A stretch of 52,421 nucleotides of DNA from a virus. Its lineage: Duplodnaviria; Caudoviricetes. Shown here piece by piece: positions 43,670 through 52,421 of the stretch; position 1 is the stretch's first letter; every line of letters starts with the position of its first letter. Location: IMG/VR virus record IMGVR_UViG_3300012682_000006, positions 1 through 52,421 of that record; one strand, 5' to 3'. A model generated the notes under the pieces. That model was not told where the DNA came from, did no database searches, and saw nothing but the letters and a program-made list of their open reading frames with translations. Position numbers and translations under genes: made by a program.

Positions 43670-43808
43670 GACTACTGCCCTCCCCTTCTTGCCAACCGAC
43701 GCTTCTCGTTACGGGTGATGGCGCAGGCACGCACGTCAGCACCAAGGAGCAGCGTCAGGTCCGCCTCGACCCCACCCGGGTGATCGAAGGTGTCGGTCTG
43801 AATGCGCA

Positions 43809-44570
43809 TCAGGCCATCATCCGAGGGCCGTCGAGCCTGACTTCATAGGTGAGCGTCATGGCGCCGTGGCCCGTTTTCGAGCCAGCCGTCGTGACGCCGT
43901 TAGTCACACCACCCAGGTAGGACGAGCCGCCACCGCCCGAACCGCCAGTGGCAGTACCGGCGACGGCACCACCCACACCACCCGCAACCTGCGTTCCACC
44001 CTTGCCGCTAACCGTCCCTCCCCCGTCGCCACCCGTCAGTCCGCCGCCGGTTCCGCCGGGTTGGCTGGGGACACTCTGGTTGCTATCGCTGCTATTGCCA
44101 GCGTTTCCGCCCTGTCCAAGCGAGCCCGCTTGACCAGGTGCGAAGTTGTTGGAGCCACCGCCACCGCCGTAGTAGCCACCGCCTCCCGCACCACCGTACA
44201 AGCCCCCGGCCGCAAGGGTTTCAGCAGTACTGCCGCCACCGCCCGCCACGATACGGCGATTGCCAAGCGCTACACCGTCCTGGCGCAGGTCGGTGGCACC
44301 GCCGCCCTTGTTGTTGGCGTTGTTGATCGTTGGAGCATCCCCACCTCCGTTGTACCCGTTTCCGCCGCCCACGTAGATGGTTAGCGTTTCGCCGACGGTA
44401 ACCGCCAAGTTGCCTTTGGCGTAGCCGCCCAACCCTCCCGTGACTTGGTTAATCGTGACTCCAGTTGCTTGTGCTCCCCAGCACTCCACCTGGATTGAGG
44501 AGACGCCCACTGGGACAACGAAGTTCTGGACGGCTCCTGTGAAAGCGAAACTCTGCACGATCGGCGGCAT
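43809..44570 (-). CDS. glycine-rich protein (probable virion fibre)
   Basis: FTGAVQNFVVP.GV..I.VECWGAQ...GGxGG repeats. Confidence 0.75.
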   Translation of the reverse strand: MPPIVQSFAFTGAVQNFVVPVGVSSIQVECWGAQATGVTINQVTGGLGGYAKGNLAVTVGETLTIYVGGGNGYNGGGDAPTINNANNKGGGATDLRQDGVALGNRRIVAGGGGSTAETLAAGGLYGGAGGGGYYGGGGGSNNFAPGQAGSLGQGGNAGNSSDSNQSVPSQPGGTGGGLTGGDGGGTVSGKGGTQVAGGVGGAVAGTATGGSGGGGSSYLGGVTNGVTTAGSKTGHGAMTLTYEVRLDGPRMMA

Positions 44571-44642
44571 CAGGTGACCACGCCGTCAAGAACAGCCTCG
44601 ACCTCGGTGCCGATTGGGGTGAGAGGCATCATGCGCTCCGCA

Positions 44643-45545
44643 TCAGGACGTGTAGTCGAACTGGGCGCTGACCATCAGGTTCCTCGGTGAGCCGATCGGG
44701 TTGGACACGATGATCGTGATGAGATCACCACCAAAGAAGACCGTCGCCGCTCCGGCCGGGTTGGTCATGGCGGTCGTGACGGTGAAGTTGTAAATGAGGT
44801 TGCCGTTGCGGTAGATCCCGACCACCACGCTCGTCCCGCTGTTCAACTTCGCACGCACGCCAGCGAGCGTGGTGCCGGATCCAGCACCAAACTGGTCGGG
44901 GACGACGAACCCCATGATGTAGTCGATGTCGCCCGAGGCGACTTTCACTTCGCCGGGGATGTGCCAGGTGTGGGGGATGCGGACCGTCTTGAGGCTGTTG
45001 CCGGAAGGCAGCGCTCCATACTCCAGGCCCGTGCCCGCAGCGTTGACCCTGAGGTACTGCGCCGCCGAGCCCCGAGGCAGGCGTGCATAGACATCGTTGC
45101 CGGTGCCCACCACGAGGTCGCCCGTGTCGTCGAAGATCGTGTTCGGGACGAAGGCGGTCGAGGCGCCAGCGAGCGTGAAGTACTCCAGCCCGGTCCCGGC
45201 TGCGTTGACCCGTAGCACTTGCTGAGCGGAACCACGAGCGAGGCGCCCGAAGGCGTCGTTCCCCGTCCCGACGATCAGGTCGCCAGCGGAGTCGAAGACC
45301 GTGTTTGAGAGCGCCGAGGCGTGCGTGTGACCGGTCTGGGCGTAGCCAGACTCCAGCGCCTCCAAGCGTGCGTCGACCGTGCCGTACGTGGTCGCTCGGG
45401 CTGCGGACGCTCCCGGGTTGACGCCGAGCACCTGCTGGACGGCGACGATCTCCTCATAGATCTCGTTGACGTGTCCCGCCAACACGATGTCGAGGAGATC
45501 GACACGGGTCGTGAAGATCTTGATGCCTGCGGGGAAGGTGGCCAC
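44643..45545 (-). CDS. tail fibre/minor tail protein with tandem ~42-aa repeat
   Basis: NT.FD..GDL.VGTGND...RL.RGSA.Q.LRVNAAGTGLEY occurs twice. Confidence 0.8.
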   Translation of the reverse strand: MATFPAGIKIFTTRVDLLDIVLAGHVNEIYEEIVAVQQVLGVNPGASAARATTYGTVDARLEALESGYAQTGHTHASALSNTVFDSAGDLIVGTGNDAFGRLARGSAQQVLRVNAAGTGLEYFTLAGASTAFVPNTIFDDTGDLVVGTGNDVYARLPRGSAAQYLRVNAAGTGLEYGALPSGNSLKTVRIPHTWHIPGEVKVASGDIDYIMGFVVPDQFGAGSGTTLAGVRAKLNSGTSVVVGIYRNGNLIYNFTVTTAMTNPAGAATVFFGGDLITIIVSNPIGSPRNLMVSAQFDYTS

Positions 45546-45555
45546 GATTCTCTCC

Positions 45556-46986
45556 TCAAGATCCGATCAAGCCGCCGGTGGCGGTCACGGTGATGGTTCC
45601 GGCGACTGGGATCTCGAACTGCCCGGTCTGCACGTCGGCGAGCCCCACGGCGGTCTTCGAGAGCACGTTGATGGTGCCGTAGTCGACGCCCTCGACCTTG
45701 GCGATGACCTCGTACACGTCGGACAAGGCGACCCGAAAGGCGAAGTCCACCCTCGTCAGGTCGAGCAGGGATGCGATGCGGTTCGCCACCGTCTGGCGCA
45801 CCGCCTCCCGGCTGTAGTTGTCGAGCACGTCCACGACGGCCGTGATGTTCACAGGCGTGTAGGTGGGGTCGAGGATCGTGATCGAGGTGTTGATCATCTT
45901 CTTGTCTGCCAAGTAGTTGATGACGAGGTTCTTGAGGGTGGCGGGTGCGATGCCTCCGCCGACGGGGGCGAGGTAGATGAGGACGTTCGTGTACACGGTC
46001 GCCGTGGCGTTGGCGTACTGCACGCCCGCCACCTTCTGGGCCAGCGTCTTGTAGTCGCTGAGCGTCACGGCCCGGTCGAGCGCTCGCAGGTTCTTCGGCG
46101 CCGACTTGCGGATGTTGTCGGTGGTCTCAGCGTCCGCACCACCCGCTGCGTTGCCGGGGTTCGTCACGCTGGCGACACCAGGAATCGTTCCCACGATCTC
46201 GGTGACGGTGCCCGAGCCCACGTTGCCGAGGAGCCCACCGCCCGTGCGGTACGAAGCCGTGATGGTGGCACCGAGCCCCGGGATCTTGCCGTTGGCGTCG
46301 TCGCCGAACTCCAGCGTCACGGCGCCGTCCTCGTCCACGGAAGCGGAGAAGGCGGTCGCTCCGGCGAAGGCGTCGATGAGGTGCTCGTAGTACGACCACT
46401 GCACGGGGCCTGCGCCCTCGTCCACGAAGACCACGAGCGTGCTCTCGATGACGGGCAGGCGGTACAGGAGGAACTGCTGGTCGACCGAGCCCGTGCTCGT
46501 GCCCACCGCCTCCAGCGTTGTGGTCTCACCCTGCACCGCATCCACGAGGCCCGTGGCGCCCGGCGTGAGCACGAGCGGCAGCAGCGTCTCGAACGGCACG
46601 CCGACGGCTTCAGGCGACGAGCGGGTGGACACCTGCGTGCCCGCTGGGATGATGACGACCTGAGGCGCCGTGGCGGAGATGGTGAACTGCAGGCTGACGG
46701 TGGCGGGCGCCTGGCTGAGGGGCTTGTAGTCCAGCATCGAAGCGATCGACAGGACCGACGCCCGCTGCGTGGCGGTGGCCAGGAACGCCTCGTTGGCGAT
46801 GCGATCTGAATAATAGTTCAAAATATCGCCACAATATGCGAAGAGGTCGATCATCACGATGCCGAAGTCGTTGGACGACCGGCTCGTCCACTCGGGCAGG
46901 AGGCCCGGGATGGCAGCGATCAGGTCCGCCTTGAGGGCGGCGTAGTCCCTGCTCGTGTACTGGATCGGGGAGATGCCCTCAGCCAC
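45556..46986 (-). CDS. baseplate J-like protein
   Basis: YTSRDY...E.FL.TA..R.S, FGD...G.IP, GGADAET, RAVTLSDY. Confidence 0.9.
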   Translation of the reverse strand: MAEGISPIQYTSRDYAALKADLIAAIPGLLPEWTSRSSNDFGIVMIDLFAYCGDILNYYSDRIANEAFLATATQRASVLSIASMLDYKPLSQAPATVSLQFTISATAPQVVIIPAGTQVSTRSSPEAVGVPFETLLPLVLTPGATGLVDAVQGETTTLEAVGTSTGSVDQQFLLYRLPVIESTLVVFVDEGAGPVQWSYYEHLIDAFAGATAFSASVDEDGAVTLEFGDDANGKIPGLGATITASYRTGGGLLGNVGSGTVTEIVGTIPGVASVTNPGNAAGGADAETTDNIRKSAPKNLRALDRAVTLSDYKTLAQKVAGVQYANATATVYTNVLIYLAPVGGGIAPATLKNLVINYLADKKMINTSITILDPTYTPVNITAVVDVLDNYSREAVRQTVANRIASLLDLTRVDFAFRVALSDVYEVIAKVEGVDYGTINVLSKTAVGLADVQTGQFEIPVAGTITVTATGGLIGS

Positions 46987-47383
46987 TGGTTGTTCCCGTC
47001 TGAGAGCCGCCCACGTTGACGATCGTAGTCAAGACGTCCTGCAGCGGCCGGACCTTGTATGAGATCAACAGTTCCAGTCGGCCCTCCTCCATCCCGCTTT
47101 CCGTGTGCGTGACGTCGACCACATCGACCGCAGGCTCCCAGATGGTGACGGCCTGCTGGAGGAGGCTCGCCAACTCCGAGATGATGAGGGGGTCGAGCGC
47201 CTCCCACACGTAGCGCCGGGTCGGGCTGCCGTACGTCGGGAGCATCAGGCGCTCGGGCGGCATCGTCATGATGATCATCGTCAGGCGCTGGTTGAAGATC
47301 GCCGAGAGGCTCGTGACGGACGCCACGGCTCCGTTCCCGTCGAAGTGGAAGGGGATCGAGATCTCCCTGCTGGGCGTGCGCAT
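46979..47383 (-). CDS. gp25/GpW-like baseplate wedge subunit
   Basis: T...ERLM.P.YG...WEP. Confidence 0.9.
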   Translation of the reverse strand: MRTPSREISIPFHFDGNGAVASVTSLSAIFNQRLTMIIMTMPPERLMLPTYGSPTRRYVWEALDPLIISELASLLQQAVTIWEPAVDVVDVTHTESGMEEGRLELLISYKVRPLQDVLTTIVNVGGSQTGTTSG

Positions 47384-47384
47384 G

Positions 47385-47732
47385 TCAGACCTTCCTCATC
47401 CAGGTGCCGAGCCAGATCGGGTGCTCGATGTCGTTGCCCTCGAACATGATCCAGACCCCGTCGCCGGGGCTGGGCACGGGATACGTGGCCTTGTGCTCCT
47501 TGCCAGCCTCGATCGTCGTGTGCGTGTGTGCGTGGCTGCCGTCGCCCGTGTACTGAGCGTGGCTCCCCGCAGAGTGCCCTGTGTGGTTCTGCAGGACGAA
47601 CGGCCAGCCGGGTGGCACGCAGGGCCATGCCCAGGCGCTGACGGCCTCTCCGAGGATCTGAGGCACCGTAGCGGTGATCCTCATGAGGCCCTCCGGGTCG
47701 ACGTTGTTGACGCACACGCCTCGGTAGATCAT
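47385..47732 (-). CDS. baseplate spike (gp5/gpV OB-fold) protein
   Basis: YRGV.V.N.DP..L.RI...VP...P..GD.VW..FE..D...P.W.G; His-rich insert. Confidence 0.85.
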   Translation of the reverse strand: MIYRGVCVNNVDPEGLMRITATVPQILGEAVSAWAWPCVPPGWPFVLQNHTGHSAGSHAQYTGDGSHAHTHTTIEAGKEHKATYPVPSPGDGVWIMFEGNDIEHPIWLGTWMRKV

Positions 47733-48835
47733 GCGGCCACCCACTGTCCGTTGAGGAGGGCCGAGCGCTCCGCCTTGGCGCTGCGGAGGATCGCCTGCGT
47801 GGGGATGGTGCTCGCACCCGTGGCGTCCCGCCCGAGCCCGAGTTCGAGGCTGTAGCCCTGGCCCGTGACCACGTGCGTGGCGGCCGACACGTACCAGAGC
47901 CCGTCGTGCTCGGTGCCAGCAGCGTCGATGCCGACCACCATGCCGGGCCGGACCCGACAGTCGCCAGCCACCATGGCGTTCGCCGAGGTGTAGAGGCGAT
48001 TGGCGTCGATGGACGACGCCAGTTGCTGGTTGGCCTCCCTGAGGTCGTGCGTGACGGGGCCGGTCTGGGTTCGGTTGAAGATGGGTGCAGCACCCTGGCG
48101 AGCGAGCGCTCGGATCGTCTCGGGCGCCGCCTTCTGGTACACGGCCTGCTGCGTGCGGGGGTTCACGCCGAACGTCTGGCGGTTGACTTTCTCGCCACCG
48201 CTCGGGGCAGCGACACCGACCTGCGCTGCGAACGAGGACAGGGATCCGTCCGACAGGCGGAAGACGGGGAGGGACCCAGCGACCCGGTCGAGCGAGACGA
48301 TGCGGGGGTGCAGGCGGATCGTGGTCCCGTCCGCCACGAGCGTGTACCCAATCGACTTCGCCTGATCGACGAGAAACGCCCACGTGGTCTGGCCGACCGG
48401 CGAGCGCATGGCCACGATGCCGGGGTGAGGCGTGACGTCCGCCTTGAACCGGAAGTCCTTGATCACCCGCTCGACGACCTGCGAGACCGTCACGTTGCGC
48501 CAGACCTTGAGTGACTCCTGCTTGAACACGAAAGACGAACCGGCCATGACGATGTCGTCGCTCACGGCGCCCGGCCCGTTGACGTTCGAGTACACCGGGT
48601 TGTGGTGGTTGACGTAGCCGTTCAGTTCCTTGCTGAAGCGGGCGTCGTTCCCCCAGTGCACAGTGATGGGGACCCCGCTCTTGAACCGCTTCGCCTCAGG
48701 CGACCCGTCGGGGAGCGAGAGCACGGCCACGTCGTGCTGGTACTCCTGCTGCACGATCTTCAGTCGCCGCAGGGGCTCGGGTGCTCCACCCCCGCTCGGG
48801 ACAAAGCCGCAGAAGCCCTTGCCGAGCGTGATCAT
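47729..48835 (-). CDS. baseplate hub (gp27/GpD-like)
   Basis: position; QTTWAFL...A...GY, GD..VRPG...G.WYV....H. Confidence 0.8.
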   Translation of the reverse strand: MITLGKGFCGFVPSGGGAPEPLRRLKIVQQEYQHDVAVLSLPDGSPEAKRFKSGVPITVHWGNDARFSKELNGYVNHHNPVYSNVNGPGAVSDDIVMAGSSFVFKQESLKVWRNVTVSQVVERVIKDFRFKADVTPHPGIVAMRSPVGQTTWAFLVDQAKSIGYTLVADGTTIRLHPRIVSLDRVAGSLPVFRLSDGSLSSFAAQVGVAAPSGGEKVNRQTFGVNPRTQQAVYQKAAPETIRALARQGAAPIFNRTQTGPVTHDLREANQQLASSIDANRLYTSANAMVAGDCRVRPGMVVGIDAAGTEHDGLWYVSAATHVVTGQGYSLELGLGRDATGASTIPTQAILRSAKAERSALLNGQWVAA

Positions 48836-49107
48836 GCCGGGACCCTGAGGATGGTGCCGGGCACGAGCCGGGACGGGTTCAGGATCTCCGGGTTCAACTC
48901 GGCCACCATCCACCACAACTCAGCGTCCCCGAGCGTGTTGTAGGCGATGAGTTCGATGCGCTCACCCTCTTGCACAATGTGGTACCTGAACGACCGGACC
49001 TGTGCGTACGGGCTCGGCGTGTAGTAGGTGGTCGGTCGGTAGACGGAGTCGGCGCCCTGGGTCATGAGGACTCTGGACTCCTCGTAGCGAGAGCCTTCGG
49101 TGATCAT
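48832..49107 (-). CDS. LysM/tail-X-like protein
   Basis: H.VQEGE.I..IAY..LGD..LWW.VAELNP...L.PG..LRVP. Confidence 0.85.
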   Translation of the reverse strand: MITEGSRYEESRVLMTQGADSVYRPTTYYTPSPYAQVRSFRYHIVQEGERIELIAYNTLGDAELWWMVAELNPEILNPSRLVPGTILRVPA

Positions 49108-49943
49108 CAGACGACCTTGTTTCCGCCGGGTCGGCTGACTTTGTTCCGGTTGGACCGGTCGATGTCCATCTGAGCCACGTCTTGCTGGACCGGTGTGCCC
49201 CCGCCACCTACGCCACCGGGTGGCATCGTGGGCGTGTTCCCTGTGATGGTGCGGCTGAGCGTCACGTCGATCTGCGCCACGGTCGGGATCATGCGCTGGC
49301 TGAAGAGCAGGTACCGGATGTTGACGGCTGAGAAGATGCCGGTGAAGGCGAACAGGCGCAGGCCTGCGACGCCACCAAAGATCACCTGCACGGGCACGGA
49401 CTGCAGCGCCCCACCCTGAAAGGCTCCGAGCATGCGCTCCAGCGCAGCCACGTCTTCAAGCACGCCCATGCTGTTGGCGTCCTGGTGGCACTCGTACTGG
49501 CGGTTGAACATCAACTGGAATCCCACGTCCATGGTGGACACGAGGTTCGTGATGGACGTCTGCTCTTCCGTCAAGGAGTCGACCCCCATGGCGTTCTGCT
49601 GGAACCCGTAGGTGGCCGAGATGGCGCCCGGGTTCCAGAGGAAGTTGAGGGCGAACTGCTGGCCAGGCGCCTGCGCACGCTTCACGAGGATGATGCGGCC
49701 ACGGAACTTCGGGCCACGCCCGTCGGGTCGAGCGGCCTGCGCACGGATGTCGAACGGAGGGTTCGTCTGCATGTCCTGCCGCACGACGTTCGTCTGCTGC
49801 GTCATGTGCAGGTCTGTCAGACCGAAAGGCGTGCCGCTCGCCGTCGAGCCCGTGTTGCGGCCCACTCGGGAGATTGCTCCAGCGACGAGCGTCAGGGGGT
49901 TGGTCTGGGTGACCGGTCGTTCTGCGATCGGATCGACTGCCAT
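49107..49943 (-). CDS. tail tube initiator-like protein
   Basis: FLWNP..IS motif; position after tape measure. Confidence 0.7.
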   Translation of the reverse strand: MAVDPIAERPVTQTNPLTLVAGAISRVGRNTGSTASGTPFGLTDLHMTQQTNVVRQDMQTNPPFDIRAQAARPDGRGPKFRGRIILVKRAQAPGQQFALNFLWNPGAISATYGFQQNAMGVDSLTEEQTSITNLVSTMDVGFQLMFNRQYECHQDANSMGVLEDVAALERMLGAFQGGALQSVPVQVIFGGVAGLRLFAFTGIFSAVNIRYLLFSQRMIPTVAQIDVTLSRTITGNTPTMPPGGVGGGGTPVQQDVAQMDIDRSNRNKVSRPGGNKVV

Positions 49944-49944
49944 C

Positions 49945-52419
49945 TCAGACCGCCCCCACCATCTGCTCCTGTGCACGGTTGGCGATCTCGCCCATGACCA
50001 TGTTGGCCAACCGCTTGGCCTCGTCGGGCGAAGCCGAGGCGACGTGGACGTGCATCGTGATGTTGCCGATCGACACCGAGCGGCTGGCGTTGACGCTCCC
50101 TCCACCACCACCGCCGCTCCCTGCACTCGGCGGGTCACCGACGCCGAGGAACTGCGTGTAGTTGCGGGCTCGACCGTGAGCGGTAGCACCCGAGTACGTG
50201 GTCCACGGGTTGAAGTTCTTGCCACCACCCGACACGGCGAAGGCGGCCCGAGCGTTCGTCAGGGGGTCGTAGAGGTTGCCGAACTTCTCGCCGTGCGCAT
50301 CGACGTTGATCTGCCAAAGGCCTCGGCTGTCCTCGCCCTTGTTGTTGTGCCCGCCTGGGTTCCCGCTCGACTCGGCGAGTGCGATGGCGACGGCCGTGTC
50401 GAGCGCCTGGCCGGTGAAGCCAGCCTGTGCAGCCACTGCACGGATCTGCGCTGCGCTCAGGGAGCCTTTGCCCCCGGAGATGCTGGCGTTGCCACCACTG
50501 CCGACGGGGGCTGCTGCAGCGGACCCGCCACCGACGACACCACCAGCGCCCGACACGCCCCTGTAGTTGGGACCGGCGGGGCCTGCGCTGAAGACTTCCT
50601 TGAGGATCTGGCCTGCCGTCTTGTTCATACCCAGGAAGGAGTTGACGGCTGCGCCCGTCGACAGGGTTGGCGCCACGGTGGCGTTCGGCTTCTGCTCACG
50701 GTCCGCCGCCTGCGTCGCAGCCACGTTCCCCTGCGTTCGCCCTCCAGCGTCCTCGAAGTGCCAAGGCTCCGAGGCCACGGTCTTGGCGAGCCCGAAGCGT
50801 GCAGCGTTGGCGGCCAGCCACCCGTACTCCGAGGCAGGCCCAATGTCTGCTGCGTTCCCGCTCTCGTGGCGAGAGGAGCCCGGCTTGGCGGCCTGAGGCC
50901 CCTTGCCGGAGATGAACTTGTTGTAGACGGCGACCTGCTCCTCGTACGTGCGGAACCCACTGTTGATCGTGAGGCGAGGGTTCTCCTGGAACATCTTCCG
51001 CAACTTCTCTTCGAGCCCAGGGTTCAAGCCCGTGCTGTCGCCCGGCAGCGGCGGGTCACCCTTGTGGATGAACCCGAAGCCCTTGTGGTTGCTCGGAGGG
51101 TCGCCCTTGTCACCCCTCTTCGACCGGCCAGCGGCGCTGCCTCGGCTTCCCCGGTCGTTCCCAAATCCGAAAGCAGCCTTGAACCCAGCGAACTGCTCAT
51201 CCCAGAACCCAGCGTCAGCGTTTGCGGGGTCCGCTCGGTATTCGTTCTCCCACTGCTTGGCGGCGTAGATCCCCGCCCCTGCAGCGGCAGCAACAGGGAT
51301 CGCCATGGCTGCAGTGCCAGCCAGTCCACCCCCGCCGAGCAGCGTGGTCGCTCCTGCTTGACCCGCCGCCGCCTTGACGAGACCAGCCCCCGGAAGACCG
51401 CTACCACCGCCGAGCAACTTGAGGGCGATGAAGGCGTTCAGCACACCGCCCGCTGCGCCCGTGATCTGAGCAAGCAGGTCACCGAACTGAAAGACCTTGG
51501 CATCCAAGCCCTTCATAGTCTCGTTCATCTTGGTGCGCAGTTCCAGTTCGGCTTCCATCTGCGTGTAGATGTCGCTGAAGATCTTCACCTGGAGTTGCGT
51601 CTGCGACTCCATGAGTTTCTGCTGATCCCGCACGATGTGGTCGCCGACACCCGTGTCCTTCTCTGAAGCCTCGCTTGCGGCCTTCGACACGTTGAAGAAC
51701 TCGTTGCCGGAGCCGGAGACTGCGTACTCCTGGACTGCGGCGATCGCCTCGGCCGACAAGCCCTCCTTGGCGAGGTTGTTGTAGCCACGCTGGCCCTGCT
51801 GGAAGCCCTCGAAGCCTTTGCTCCGTGCCTGCTGTGCCGTGATGGGCTTACCACTCCCATCAGCGAGGCCCAACTGCGTAAGGCCCTGCAGGAACTCATC
51901 CATGCTGCGGATCTGGCCACCCGGCCCGACGAGGCCTGCGCCGTACTTTTGTTGGAGGTTGTTGTTCACCTCCGCTGAGGCGAACTCCGCCTGGATGCTG
52001 GCGGCATTCTGGAAGCCACCACCCGTGAGGAGTGCAAGCCCGCTGGTGTTCGTGAGCGCACGCTTCATTTGGGCGGGGTCGTTGCGCCCGATCGTGCTCA
52101 TGACGGTGCTGGCGCCACCCGCCAGGTCGGTGGTGTCGTTGTAGCCCGTGAGGCCGTTCGAGAGGTACTGCTCCCAGCCCTTCACCTCGCTGCGCCCGCC
52201 GTATCCGCTGCCCATGCGGCGAGAGAACTGGTTGGCGACGAACTCCAGGGTCGGGACGTTCTGTCGTGCCTGCCCGATGGCGGACCCCGCCGCCATGCCC
52301 CCGAGCGCCATGGCGCCCTGCCCCATCATCTGGAACCGGAACATGGTGGCGAGGCGAGCCTCAGCCGAGTTGTCGACCTCTCCGCTGGCGCCCCCGAGAG
52401 CGGGGTGCGTCGGCGTGCG
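49945..52419 (-). CDS. tape measure protein with M15 peptidase and SLT transglycosylase domains (5'-partial)
   Basis: frame open to window edge; SGFR..EEQ...SRHE.G.A.D...EPWH; AIALAESSG...GLWQIN. Confidence 0.85.
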   Translation of the reverse strand, partial: RTPTHPALGGASGEVDNSAEARLATMFRFQMMGQGAMALGGMAAGSAIGQARQNVPTLEFVANQFSRRMGSGYGGRSEVKGWEQYLSNGLTGYNDTTDLAGGASTVMSTIGRNDPAQMKRALTNTSGLALLTGGGFQNAASIQAEFASAEVNNNLQQKYGAGLVGPGGQIRSMDEFLQGLTQLGLADGSGKPITAQQARSKGFEGFQQGQRGYNNLAKEGLSAEAIAAVQEYAVSGSGNEFFNVSKAASEASEKDTGVGDHIVRDQQKLMESQTQLQVKIFSDIYTQMEAELELRTKMNETMKGLDAKVFQFGDLLAQITGAAGGVLNAFIALKLLGGGSGLPGAGLVKAAAGQAGATTLLGGGGLAGTAAMAIPVAAAAGAGIYAAKQWENEYRADPANADAGFWDEQFAGFKAAFGFGNDRGSRGSAAGRSKRGDKGDPPSNHKGFGFIHKGDPPLPGDSTGLNPGLEEKLRKMFQENPRLTINSGFRTYEEQVAVYNKFISGKGPQAAKPGSSRHESGNAADIGPASEYGWLAANAARFGLAKTVASEPWHFEDAGGRTQGNVAATQAADREQKPNATVAPTLSTGAAVNSFLGMNKTAGQILKEVFSAGPAGPNYRGVSGAGGVVGGGSAAAAPVGSGGNASISGGKGSLSAAQIRAVAAQAGFTGQALDTAVAIALAESSGNPGGHNNKGEDSRGLWQINVDAHGEKFGNLYDPLTNARAAFAVSGGGKNFNPWTTYSGATAHGRARNYTQFLGVGDPPSAGSGGGGGGSVNASRSVSIGNITMHVHVASASPDEAKRLANMVMGEIANRAQEQMVGAV

Positions 52420-52421
52420 AC

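Noticed and set aside
44990-45310. Tail fibre repeat as a DGR template/variable pair
   Set aside because: Both copies are in-frame protein repeats and no reverse transcriptase is present in the window.
2318-51666. Long plus-strand ORFs opposite real genes (2318..3604, 11443..12774, 18343..19407, 21222..22646, 36854..38494, 45466..46809, 49612..51666)
   Set aside because: Shadow ORFs expected from GC3 bias, with no recognisable domains. The 29325..30005 ORF differs in having an RBS and a coherent nuclease architecture.

Overview
Segment of a large, high-GC actinobacterial myovirus genome (WhiB, Rpf-like transglycosylase, contractile-tail baseplate genes), almost all genes on the minus strand. 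Reading right to left: tape measure (runs off the window), baseplate and tail fibre genes, holin-like genes, a replication block (initiator-like, intein-containing amidase, DnaC-like loader, DnaB, primase, intein-containing SNF2 helicase), SSB, PolA, RecA, resolvases, Cas4-like nuclease, WhiB, SpoVS, then small accessory genes (Acb2/Tad1-like sponge, ParB-like paralogs, TGT-like and glycosylase-like proteins). Two standouts. (1) The SNF2 intein has no endonuclease in its own frame, but contains a complete antisense gene with its own Shine-Dalgarno encoding an HTH + NUMOD3-like + DUF559/Vsr-like endonuclease. (2) A 76-nt tRNA (probably Leu-UAA) is split after U33 by a 470-nt insert that is almost entirely an HNH gene, with group-I-like splice boundaries but no visible ribozyme core. 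All calls come from motif recognition by eye; no searches were run.
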